A DNA stretch of 64,000 nucleotides from Candidatus Aminicenantes bacterium. Lineage in GTDB: Bacteria > Acidobacteriota > Aminicenantia > Aminicenantales > Saccharicenantaceae. The notes beneath the pieces were generated by a model. That model ran no database searches. It was given only the letters and a program-made list of their open reading frames with translations, and had not been told where the DNA came from. The DNA is taken from assembly GCA_014360015.1 (NCBI GenBank), contig JACIYJ010000006.1:60447-124446 (forward strand), in the 5' to 3' direction. Below, piece by piece: positions 36,257-45,813 of the stretch (its first letter is position 1; the number at the start of each line of letters is the position of its first letter). The position numbers and the translations under genes were made by a program.

Positions 36257-38422
36257 TTACTCTACCCCCATTTCTCTGAGCAAGTGGTTAGCACCGGCAA
36301 ATTCTTTCAACACCCACAGCACATAGCGGATATCTACACCAATTGACCGGCTGAACTTATGGCTCCAGGCGTAATCATTAATAGTTGCCTCCCAGACCCG
36401 GTCAAAATTTATGCCTACCAGCCTACCCTCGGCATCAATTATGGGGCTGCCGGAGTTCCCGCCAGTTGTATCCGTACTATAAAGCAAGCAGACTGAAATA
36501 GTATTCAGGGCCGGGTTTATGAACTTTCCAAACCGTCTTTCTTTGATCAGCTGGAGCAATTTTTCCGGAGTATCATAAGGAGGCTGACCGGTTGTTTTTT
36601 CTGCTATTCCATGAACAGTGGTAAAAGGCTTGTAATAAACAGCATCTCTCGGTTTGTAGCCTTCGACCCGGCCATAGGTCAGACGCAAGGTGCCATTGGC
36701 ATCGGGGATAAACTGCTTGCCCAGAAACTCCTGACGCACATCCACCAGCCTGGCTTGAAGTTCATCCAGCTGGCCTTTGCGGGCTTTGTTGATTTCTTCA
36801 AGCTTCTGGTATTCAGGGTACAAAGCCAGAGCCAATCTTATCAGACTATCATCAACGCGCTTTATTTCTTCAGGCTTCTTGTCCCAGAGGCTATTGATGA
36901 ATTCCGGGTCAGCCATCCGGGTTGACTTAAATACGCTATCCACGGCTTCATCCAGGTTGCTGCCACCAGCAGAGAGTTTGCTAAGGGCCTCAATTTTCTT
37001 ATCGTCAGGCAAGGCCAGAGCTCTTTTCAGAAGTTCCTTGAAGATGGCTACATCGGTCGGCAGGTAGAAACTTGACTTTAGAGTTAGAGCCAGCCGTTGC
37101 CGGGTTTGTTTGAAATTTCTGTCCATGTAAGCAGCATTTCTTTCCAGGTCCGGTTTTTGACGCTCATGGGCTGCTTCTACCACCGTTATAGCATTCTGGA
37201 AAAGAATGACTGAGCGCCGCAGATTATCCAGAACAAAAGCTCTCGGAAACTCAGCTGACATCTCGGCATAAATTTTTTCCAGCTCCGGGAGCAACTGGCC
37301 ATAGACTTTTTGGCGTTTTGGGTCTCGTTGAATAAATTCTTGGAGTGCTTTTTCCTCCTGACGTTTTTGAGTTAAGAAATCAAGCCGCTTCAAACCGACT
37401 AACTTGCCACGGTAATTTTTCATAGTGTTGGCCAGGCTTTTTATCCGGGCATCATGCTTGAGGGCAATTTCGCGGCTCGTTTTGCCCATCTCTTCCATCA
37501 GCCTTATCTGCCATTCATACCAGTCAGCCACAGCCGGCATTCTGATGTTCTGCTCAAAAGCCAGGTAGCTTGCTGGAAGATGACGGTAGGTGCGAGCCGG
37601 ATAACCAAGCAGAAAGACGAAATCGCCTTCCTTAACGCCGGCTGGGTTGACCCTTAAGTAAGTTCTGGGCTTGAAAGGAACATTCTTTTCGCTATATTCA
37701 GCCGGTTTACCATCAGGTGCCACATAAGCTCGCATCAGAGTGAAATCACCAGTGTGTCGGGGCCACATCCAGTTGTCATCCTCGCCGCCGAAATTTCCGA
37801 TGGACAGCGGTGGAACATAGACTAAGCGCAGGTCTTTGAGGTCGGTATAAATGAACAGCCAATATGATTTGCCTGGAAACATCTCGGCCACTTCTGCCCG
37901 TTTGCCGGGGTTGGCTTTTTCGGCCTCAGCCACGATTTTTTTAATCTGCTGCTCGATGGCTCTGGCTCTTTCGGCACCGGTCATATTGGGCTTGACCACG
38001 CTCAAAACTTCAGCTGAAACATCGCGGAATGATTCGGTGATGCGGGCAGTGCGGCCGGGAACCGGGATTTCTTCGGCTCTGTTTCTGGCCAGAAACCCGT
38101 TTTTCAGGTAGTCTTTTTCCGGAGAACTCACTGATTGGACAGCCCCAAAGGCCACATGATGGTTGGTGATAATCAGGCCATCCTCAGAGATGAAAGAGCC
38201 TGTAGCTCCAATCTGGACCACCGCATAAAGCAGGCTGTTTTTGGCCGGGTCGTATATCAAAGCTGGGTCTATCCTGAGACCTTTCTCTTTTAGGTTGAGC
38301 CGAGGAACCTCGCTCAGAGGATACATTCCCTCGTCAGCCACCAGCATTGTGGCCAGGATGAAGACCGCCAGTATGATGAACAGGCTCGAGCTTAGCTTCC
38401 TGAGACACCGATGATTAGCCAT
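36257..38422 (-). CDS. S46 family dipeptidyl peptidase
   Basis: ADEGMY, TNHHV, NWMWPRHTGDF, TTGGNSGSP, GINFD; start at 38422 behind GGAGGT. Confidence 0.92.
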   Translation of the reverse strand: MANHRCLRKLSSSLFIILAVFILATMLVADEGMYPLSEVPRLNLKEKGLRIDPALIYDPAKNSLLYAVVQIGATGSFISEDGLIITNHHVAFGAVQSVSSPEKDYLKNGFLARNRAEEIPVPGRTARITESFRDVSAEVLSVVKPNMTGAERARAIEQQIKKIVAEAEKANPGKRAEVAEMFPGKSYWLFIYTDLKDLRLVYVPPLSIGNFGGEDDNWMWPRHTGDFTLMRAYVAPDGKPAEYSEKNVPFKPRTYLRVNPAGVKEGDFVFLLGYPARTYRHLPASYLAFEQNIRMPAVADWYEWQIRLMEEMGKTSREIALKHDARIKSLANTMKNYRGKLVGLKRLDFLTQKRQEEKALQEFIQRDPKRQKVYGQLLPELEKIYAEMSAEFPRAFVLDNLRRSVILFQNAITVVEAAHERQKPDLERNAAYMDRNFKQTRQRLALTLKSSFYLPTDVAIFKELLKRALALPDDKKIEALSKLSAGGSNLDEAVDSVFKSTRMADPEFINSLWDKKPEEIKRVDDSLIRLALALYPEYQKLEEINKARKGQLDELQARLVDVRQEFLGKQFIPDANGTLRLTYGRVEGYKPRDAVYYKPFTTVHGIAEKTTGQPPYDTPEKLLQLIKERRFGKFINPALNTISVCLLYSTDTTGGNSGSPIIDAEGRLVGINFDRVWEATINDYAWSHKFSRSIGVDIRYVLWVLKEFAGANHLLREMGVE

Positions 38423-38662
38423 TATGACCTCCCGATTTGTTTGTGACAGAGATAAATGATAAAGAAACCTCGCCGGCAAATCAAAGTCAACCAGTGTTCT
38501 TGATAATCAGCACTATACCTTAAAAAGTCACATAATCTGCTACAGAAGTTAAGTTTATAAGATAAACCAAATCGGGGTCAACGCTAAGATTTTCAGGAAA
38601 ATTCAGGACAATCAACAAAGACAAATAGATTAGTAGAACAGCTTAGGTTCTTTTTTTATGTT

Positions 38663-39067
38663 TTATTTTTTAACAAGGATAGTAGTGTTGGGAATTTGGG
38701 CCCGGTTAAAAATCGTCCCTACCGGGCAGATTTCTTTAGTCTTTTCAAGAATCTTTCTGAGGGTAGCTTCGTCTGCCGGCGATGAAACCTCAACTGTGGT
38801 GGTGATACTTGTGAACTGCATTCCATCATCGGTGGTTTGACCATCACAATCAACTTTCAGAGCTTCAATTTCTACCCGGGATTTGCTGGCCACTAAGGCA
38901 AAAATGGTAGAAAAGCAACCGGCCAGGGACATAAGAGAAAGCTCAAAGGCTGTTGGCCCGGAGTCATCCCCATTTTTGGCTTTAGGTAAATCCACAATAA
39001 CCTGATGCCCGCGGTTGTTGGTTAACACAGACTGAAAATTTTTCTGCCAGATAGCAGTAGCTTTCAT
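38663..39067 (-). CDS. OsmC family protein
   Basis: GPTAFELSLMSLAGC...CPV. Confidence 0.85.
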   Translation of the reverse strand: MKATAIWQKNFQSVLTNNRGHQVIVDLPKAKNGDDSGPTAFELSLMSLAGCFSTIFALVASKSRVEIEALKVDCDGQTTDDGMQFTSITTTVEVSSPADEATLRKILEKTKEICPVGTIFNRAQIPNTTILVKK

Positions 39068-39340
39068 ATTATTGCTCCTTGTTAAGTTTAATAAATATGA
39101 TTAAATGTTAATGAGGTTAATTTTTATTTTATCTAAAAAAATGGCTAATTGTAATGGTCTTTCCTTAAAAATTTATTTCTTTCCTTGCCTCGGGTGATTA
39201 GATGCGACAATAAAAAAATATCGAAGTTTATGATATGGGGCAACAAGCAAAAATCATATTAATGGCAACATTAAAGAAAATAACCAAAGATGGAAAGAAG
39301 GAGGGAATAATTTTTAGCGCTGTTATTTTAAAATAGATAA

Positions 39341-39423
39341 AAAATTAGGAAATATGTAGGGCGTCACTGGTTTTTATTTTCTCTGCCGAGAAAATTAGGA
39401 AACGCGTAGGGCGTCACCGGTTT
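39341..39423. repeat. Two imperfect 33-bp direct repeats with 50-bp period
   Basis: AAAATTAGGAAAtatGTAGGGCGTCActGGTTT and AAAATTAGGAAAcgcGTAGGGCGTCAccGGTTT. Confidence 0.7.
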
Positions 39424-40309
39424 ATTTGTCTTCGAGGTGGATGCGTAGCGGCGCGGCCTGACCGGCTTTATCCTGCCCGACAAACAAAGTGATATGCGGG
39501 AAGGGCATTCTTATCTGCCGGCTCTCAAAGGCTTTTTTCAGCCGGCGGTTGAACTCTCTGGCCACCCGCCACTGCTGCAGTGGTCTGGTTTTGGTTCGGG
39601 CCCTGATAACCACCGAGGAATCCTCAAACCTGTCCAGGCCAAATATCTCCAAAGGTGCCAGGATATCTGCCGAGAAGGCCGGGTCCTGGCGCATTTCTTC
39701 GTCCACGGCTTGCATCGTCTTCATCACTTCATCCACATCCTCAAAATAGCTGACGTTGACATCGTAAACAAAGCCTGAATATTCCTTGCTCATATTGGTC
39801 ACTACTTCGATTTTGCTGTTGGGAATGTAATGGACGTTTCCAGCCAGGTCCCGGAGCACCGTCATTTTAAAATTTATGCTCTCCACCACACCCGATTTCC
39901 CGGCTATTTCCACCACATCGCCCACCCGTATTTGATCCCAGAGTATCAGGAAAAAACCGTTTATAAAATCCTTGATTAAACTCTGGGCCGCAAAGCTCAG
40001 AGCCACTCCAGCCACTCCGGCTGTCGCCAGCAACGGGCCAATTTGAATGCCCAGGGCTCCAAGAATAGTGATGGCAGAAATTACGATTATTATCGTGTAT
40101 AAAACCTGCCTCACCAGAGTGGATAAAGTTTTTGCTCGCTTGATCGATTCTTCATCTTTTCTTTCTTTTAGAAAAAAGGTCCGCAGGCGTCGGGCTAAGG
40201 TCCGGCTTAAAAACATCAAAATTAGGGCCACAACAACTATCAAAAGAATCTTAAGACCGGTAGTAAAAGACCATTTTCGGGCTTCAACCAGAATATCCTG
40301 AAGGTTCAT
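39422..40309 (-). CDS. Small-conductance mechanosensitive channel (MscS/YbiO-like)
   Basis: Three TM helices, AAQSLIKDFINGFF, RVGDVVEI, IPNS. Confidence 0.9.
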   Translation of the reverse strand: MNLQDILVEARKWSFTTGLKILLIVVVALILMFLSRTLARRLRTFFLKERKDEESIKRAKTLSTLVRQVLYTIIIVISAITILGALGIQIGPLLATAGVAGVALSFAAQSLIKDFINGFFLILWDQIRVGDVVEIAGKSGVVESINFKMTVLRDLAGNVHYIPNSKIEVVTNMSKEYSGFVYDVNVSYFEDVDEVMKTMQAVDEEMRQDPAFSADILAPLEIFGLDRFEDSSVVIRARTKTRPLQQWRVAREFNRRLKKAFESRQIRMPFPHITLFVGQDKAGQAAPLRIHLEDK

Positions 40310-40421
40310 CCATTCCTCCGAGATAATAAGCTTCGGGCTGATTTTAGCATAATAAAAATTTGATTTAAATCTTGGGAGGTTGGGAGATCTTCAAGCAATA
40401 CTTTTTGTTTCTATCACTTAA

Positions 40422-40538
40422 TTTGGCTTTTCGTCAAGGAAATTACAAAAGGCAATGGATGTGGCTCGCATGATAGGAAATAATGCCGTCCATCCGGGAC
40501 AAATTGATGTTAGTATTGATGGACTTCAAAAGCCCTGA
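40422..40538 (+). pseudogene. DUF4145 (HEPN-like) gene remnant
   Basis: Translates to LQKAMDVARMIGNNAVHPGQID; no upstream part or RBS. Confidence 0.55.
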
Positions 40539-42895
40539 TGCTCGGTGCGGCGGATGATTTCATCCTGAAGTTCCTTGGCACAATCCACAAAATAGTCGCT
40601 GTAGCCAGCCACCCTGACAATCAAGTCGCGGTACTTTTCCGGATGTTTCTGAGCATCACGCAGGGTCTCAGCCGTAACCACATTGAATTGGATATGATGT
40701 CCCATCAGCTTGAAGTAGCTTCTGATCAAATCTTTCAGTTTAACCAGCCCCTCTTCTTCCGCCAGAAGCTGTGGAGTAAACTTCTGGTTGAGCAGTGTCC
40801 CGCCAGTTTTGATGTGGTCAAGTTTGCCGACAGATTTTATGACTGCAGTCGGTCCTTTTCTGTCCATGCCCTGAACCGGTGAAATTCCTTCTGACAACGG
40901 TTCGCCAGCCTTCCGACCATCAGCTGTAGCTCCGGTCACCTTGCCAAAATAAACATGAACTGTGGTCGGCAGCAGATTTATGCGGTAGGTACCACCGCAG
41001 ACTGTTGGTCGGCCATCGATCATTCTGAAATACATATCAAAGACCAGTCTGGCCAGGTCATCAGCATAGTCATCATCGTTTCCATACTTAGGAGTCTTAT
41101 TGATGAACCGATCTCTGAGCCGCTCATAGCCTTCAAAATTTTTCCTCAGGGCTTGGAGCAGCTCATCCATGGTAATGATTTTCTGGTCATAGACATTGAA
41201 TTTAATCGAAGCCAGAATATCAGTTATCGAGCCCAGACCGACCCCCTGAATGTATCTGGTGTTATAGCGGGCACCGCCATTGTGATAATCCTTCCCCTTA
41301 GCGATACAATCATCGATGAAAAGAGACAGGAAAGGCGCGGGCAGATAGGTGGCATAAAGCTTTTCAATCACATTATTTCCGCGAATCTTAACATCAATAA
41401 AATACCGCATCTGTTTTTCGAAAGCCTGCATCAGCTCATCAAAGGTCTTAAAGTTTCTGGGATCACCAGTTTCCAGGCCTATTTTCTTTCCGCTACGAGG
41501 ATCAACACCATTATTCAGGGTTATTTCAAAAACCTTTGGAAGGTTGAAGTAGCCGGTCAGGATGTAGGCTTCATTACCAAAAGCTCCAGCCTCCACACAA
41601 CCACTGGCTCCACCTTTTCTGGCGTCTTCCACGGTCTTACCTTGCCTGACCAGCTCCTGAACGATAGCATCAGTGTTGAAAATTGACGGCTGGCCGAAAC
41701 CTGTCCTGACAATTTTTAAGGCCCGGAGCAAGAGAGAATCAGGATTCTTGGCACTTATCTGAACCATGGAACTTGGCTGTAACAACCTCATCTCTTCAAT
41801 CACATCCAGAATGAGATATGACAGCTCGTTGGCACCGTCGCGGCCATCTGGCTTGAGCCCCCCGACATTAATCAGGGCAAAATCGGTGTAAGTTCCGCTC
41901 TCTTCAGCCGTCACCCCGACTTTGGGCGGCGCTGGCTGGTTGTTGAATTTCACCCAGAAAGCTTCCAGTAATTCCTTAGCTTGTTCCTGAGTCAGAGTTC
42001 CCTCTTCAAGACCTTTTTTATAAAAAGGATAAAGATGCTGGTCCAGACGTCCGGGATTGAAGGAATCCCAGGTGTTGTATTCAGTTGTCACACCAACATG
42101 GACAAACCAGTAATACTGAAGCGCCTCCCAGAAATCGCGGGGGGCATGGGCTGGCACCCATTCGCAGGTGGCGGCGATTTTCTCCAGTTCTTTTTTTCTC
42201 TGCGGGTCTTTTTCCCTGGCAGCCAATTCTCTGGCCAGTTCGGCATGGCGGCGGGCATAGGTGATGAGGGCCTCAGCGCAGATAGCCATAGCTTCCAGCT
42301 CTTCTTTTTTGTCCCAGGCTTCCGGGTCATTATAGAAATCAAGTTTGGATAGAGATTCTTCAATGTCTTTTTTGATATCAAGCAGACCCTTCTTATAAAT
42401 CTTATCTCCCAGCACGGTGTGTCCGGGAGCTCTCTGTTCCATAAATTCAGTGAAGATGCCGGCTTCATAGGCGGCTTTCCATTCTGGAGTCATTTCGGCA
42501 AAAATTCGGTCGCGCATCGAGCGGCCGCGCCAGAAAGGAATTATTTCCTCACGATAAAGCTGGAACGTCTCTTCATCGACGGCATAGGAAGTCTTTGGCC
42601 GGGAATTGAGGGTCTCAAGGTCTTCTAAGCTATGGCAGCAGACTTCAGGATAGGTAGGAGTGGCTTTGTGAGCTGGACCACGCTCCCCGACAATAAGCTC
42701 ACCCTCATCTATGAAAATCGCTTTTTTCTCCATCAAAGCTTTAAACACTAAGGCTCGCTGCATCGGATAAGAAGCTCTCTGGACTTCCGGACTGCGGTAG
42801 GCTTCGGTCACAATTCTGGCTCTTTCTGGAGAAATAGTAGGCTTAGCATTAAGAGATTGTTCCCTGAGTTTTTTTATGCGCTCGTTCATTTTCAA
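40526..42895 (-). CDS. hypD: Glycyl radical enzyme, likely trans-4-hydroxy-L-proline dehydratase
   Basis: FMEQRAPGH, SGCVE, LLPTTVHVYFG, RVAGYS. Confidence 0.8.
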   Translation of the reverse strand: MKMNERIKKLREQSLNAKPTISPERARIVTEAYRSPEVQRASYPMQRALVFKALMEKKAIFIDEGELIVGERGPAHKATPTYPEVCCHSLEDLETLNSRPKTSYAVDEETFQLYREEIIPFWRGRSMRDRIFAEMTPEWKAAYEAGIFTEFMEQRAPGHTVLGDKIYKKGLLDIKKDIEESLSKLDFYNDPEAWDKKEELEAMAICAEALITYARRHAELARELAAREKDPQRKKELEKIAATCEWVPAHAPRDFWEALQYYWFVHVGVTTEYNTWDSFNPGRLDQHLYPFYKKGLEEGTLTQEQAKELLEAFWVKFNNQPAPPKVGVTAEESGTYTDFALINVGGLKPDGRDGANELSYLILDVIEEMRLLQPSSMVQISAKNPDSLLLRALKIVRTGFGQPSIFNTDAIVQELVRQGKTVEDARKGGASGCVEAGAFGNEAYILTGYFNLPKVFEITLNNGVDPRSGKKIGLETGDPRNFKTFDELMQAFEKQMRYFIDVKIRGNNVIEKLYATYLPAPFLSLFIDDCIAKGKDYHNGGARYNTRYIQGVGLGSITDILASIKFNVYDQKIITMDELLQALRKNFEGYERLRDRFINKTPKYGNDDDYADDLARLVFDMYFRMIDGRPTVCGGTYRINLLPTTVHVYFGKVTGATADGRKAGEPLSEGISPVQGMDRKGPTAVIKSVGKLDHIKTGGTLLNQKFTPQLLAEEEGLVKLKDLIRSYFKLMGHHIQFNVVTAETLRDAQKHPEKYRDLIVRVAGYSDYFVDCAKELQDEIIRRTEHQGF

Positions 42896-43800
42896 CCTCC
42901 CTGTTTCACCTTAAAGCCCTTGGCTCGGAAAAAGTTCATCACTGAATCAACTCTTTCCTGAGATGGCGGTTCATACACTTTGAATTCACCATCTCTTCCC
43001 AGGCGGTGGAATTTTTCGACACCACCTTTATGATAAGGTAAAACATTTATCATTTTTACCGATTTTAATTCAACCAGAAATTCAGCCATCTGCTCCAGGT
43101 TTTTCTGATCATCATTAACTCCCGGAATCAGCGGAAAACGAACCCAGATTGGTGGGCCGCTGCTGTCATCAATGGCCTTAAGATTTTTAAGAATTAGCTC
43201 GTTTGTAACCCCAGTATGTTCCCGGTGTTTGGTATTATCCATAACTTTCAGGTCAAAGAGCACCAGGTCGGATTTCCTGGCTAACCGCAGGAAGATCTCC
43301 TCAGAGGCATAACCTGAAGTATCAAGAGCCACCTGAATGCCTCTGCGGTGGAGCGAATCAATTAGGGCTTCGGCCAGTTCTGGCTGGAAGAGAGGTTCAC
43401 CACCGGTCAGGGTTACCCCACCACCCGACTGGTCGAAGAAAATTCGGTCTTTTTCGACCTCATTCAGGATTTCCTCTACTGAAACTTCCCGACCAACAAT
43501 TTCTATGGCTTCCCGCTGACAAACTTTAACACAATCACCACATAGAGTGCATTTTGACCGGTCAGCCACCACTTCGCCGTCGCTTTTCTGCGATAAAGCC
43601 CCATAATTACAGGTTCGGACACAATCGCCACAGCGAGCGCATCGGTTGGGCATGAGCATTAATTCTGCCTTTTTTGATATTCCTTCTGGATTATGACACC
43701 AGAGACAGTGCAGAGGACAGCCTTTAAAGAAGACGTTAACCCTAATGCCCGGGCCGTCATGCACAGCATAGTGTTTCAGGTCGAAAATCATGCCTTTCAT
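42892..43800 (-). CDS. Glycyl-radical activating enzyme (radical SAM with ferredoxin insert)
   Basis: HDGPGIR, CPLHCLWCHNPE, two CxxCxxC motifs, TGGEP; start probably 43800. Confidence 0.92.
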   Translation of the reverse strand: MKGMIFDLKHYAVHDGPGIRVNVFFKGCPLHCLWCHNPEGISKKAELMLMPNRCARCGDCVRTCNYGALSQKSDGEVVADRSKCTLCGDCVKVCQREAIEIVGREVSVEEILNEVEKDRIFFDQSGGGVTLTGGEPLFQPELAEALIDSLHRRGIQVALDTSGYASEEIFLRLARKSDLVLFDLKVMDNTKHREHTGVTNELILKNLKAIDDSSGPPIWVRFPLIPGVNDDQKNLEQMAEFLVELKSVKMINVLPYHKGGVEKFHRLGRDGEFKVYEPPSQERVDSVMNFFRAKGFKVKQGG

Positions 43801-44192
43801 ATTTTTCCTTGGCAAATCTGATATATCACATATCAGTAGAGTTGTCAAGCCAGGTTTGATGCTTAGTTCAACTCAATGTCTATCAGCCGAGATAATCCAG
43901 GTCATAAATAATCAAAAGATAGTTGAAACGCTAACATAAATTTAAATATCTTTTAGCAATGTGATGTATGATATATCAATTAAGACAAGTCTACCATTTT
44001 ATAAAGGTTTATTCGAGGTGGTAAACTTCTCATATGGTACCAGGCCATTACCTTCAACCAAACCTGAAATGGAAAAAGAAGTAAAGCCCGAAATTCCCAA
44101 AAAAGATAGCAGACAGATGGCCATTATCAATAGTCGAAAAAAAATTTATGGGTTCAATTTAACCAGAATTTCGAAATGACTCAGGCTAGAAC

Positions 44193-45227
44193 CTATTTGG
44201 TCAGAAATTTGAAGATGGTCAAACTTCTGTACATTTCTCCCGGCCTTAGGATAGTTGATGGAAAATCGGGTTTATTGGGTGAATCCGGAAAATGCTGAGG
44301 TTCGAGACAGAAACCAAAATGCTTTCCATAAACTTTCCCACCCTTTCCCCTGATAGTTCCATCAAGGAAATTTCCCGAATAAAACTGCAGCCCTGGTTCA
44401 GTGGTATAAAGCTCCATCAGCCGGCCGGAAAAGGGTTCAAAAACTCGAGCTGCCAGTCCCAGGCCGCCGCGGTTATCAAGGACAAAATTATGGTCGTAGC
44501 CTCCTGGCAGCTGATTGAGGCGTTCGCCGATGACCCTTGGCTGACGAAAATCAAGGGGTGTCCCCTCAACTTCTTTTATCTCGCCGGTTGGAATGAGATT
44601 TTCATCGACCGGCGTATACCGAGAAGCAAATATTTGAAGCTCGTGTCCAAGGATATCACCTTGTCCCTGACCGGCCAGATTGAAATAGCTGTGGTGTGAT
44701 AAGTTAAGATGAGTAATCTTATCGGTCGTGGCCAGATAAGAAATATGAAGTTCATCGCTTTCAGTCAGAAGATAGCTGACCTGACAGCTGAGATTTCCAG
44801 GATATCCTTCTTCACCGTCAGGACTGAGATAGCTAAAATTTACCCCGAGCAAATGAGAATTTCCGATCGGCTCTGCTTCCCAGACGACTTTATCAAACCC
44901 TTTTATTCCACCATGCAGATGGTTTTCTCCATCATTTTTAGCCAGCCGATATTCTCGACCGTCAAGAACAAATTTTGCCCGGCCGATTCTGTTCGCATAT
45001 CTTCCGACAGTTGATCCAAAATAAGGGTTCTTTCCCAGGTATTCTTCAAAGGAATCAAACCCCAGAGTTATGTCAGCCAGATTTCCCTGTCTGTCAGGAA
45101 CAAAAAGAGAAATCAAAGTAGCTCCGTAATTCATCAGCAATACTTTAAGACCGTGACTATTCTCCAGCTGGAAAAATTTGATTTCTTTACCATCATGCTC
45201 AGCCACAATCTTTTCTTGCATCTTCAT
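44193..45227 (-). CDS. galM: Aldose 1-epimerase (mutarotase)
   Basis: GRYANRI, HLHGG, HSYFNL, GYDHNF, CLEPQHFPDSPN. Confidence 0.93.
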   Translation of the reverse strand: MKMQEKIVAEHDGKEIKFFQLENSHGLKVLLMNYGATLISLFVPDRQGNLADITLGFDSFEEYLGKNPYFGSTVGRYANRIGRAKFVLDGREYRLAKNDGENHLHGGIKGFDKVVWEAEPIGNSHLLGVNFSYLSPDGEEGYPGNLSCQVSYLLTESDELHISYLATTDKITHLNLSHHSYFNLAGQGQGDILGHELQIFASRYTPVDENLIPTGEIKEVEGTPLDFRQPRVIGERLNQLPGGYDHNFVLDNRGGLGLAARVFEPFSGRLMELYTTEPGLQFYSGNFLDGTIRGKGGKVYGKHFGFCLEPQHFPDSPNKPDFPSTILRPGEMYRSLTIFKFLTK

Positions 45228-45352
45228 GAGTTTTCTCCTTACCCCTTGATTTCCTTTTTTAAAGTGTTAAAAATAGCAAATTTTTTGATTTCAAACAACT
45301 CTTTTGGGAGGTTTAATCATGGGTAAAAGGAATTTCCGTTGTCGATCCGCAT

Positions 45353-45792
45353 ATGACCTATTTCTGGCCGATAAAAAATGGTCAGGAATTTATCGACGCC
45401 ATTCCAGAATTTTACAAGGTTGCTGTCTCATCTTCAAGGTGCCACGACAATCGCAGCGACAAAGTCTGGCGGAATGAACTGTGGATGGGTTACCCGGTTG
45501 GCCCGCACTATCAGCAGCAGGCCAACCCGACTCTGGCGGCCAACTTAAAAGGCAAGCTGCTCCTGGTCCACGGAGACCTCGATGACAATGTTCATTGAGC
45601 GGCTACCCTGCAACTGGTTGATGCTTTAATCAAGGCGAATAAGGATTTCGACTTGCTGATTATTCCCAATAAAAGAACCTCGGTAATGGCTATTTTATCA
45701 GGAAGCGCTGGGATTATTTTGTTAGGCACCTGCTGGGTGTTGAGCCGCCGAAAGAATATCCTCTCTTTGCCCCGGCTGACCGCCAGCCATAA
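45353..45792 (+). pseudogene. C-terminal remnant of an S9 (DPP IV-like) peptidase
   Basis: [34 protein letters not shown], then frameshift to YFIRKRWDYFVRHLLG; N-terminus missing. Confidence 0.8.
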
Positions 45793-45813
45793 TCTCAATC
45801 TGGTTTAAGGGCT

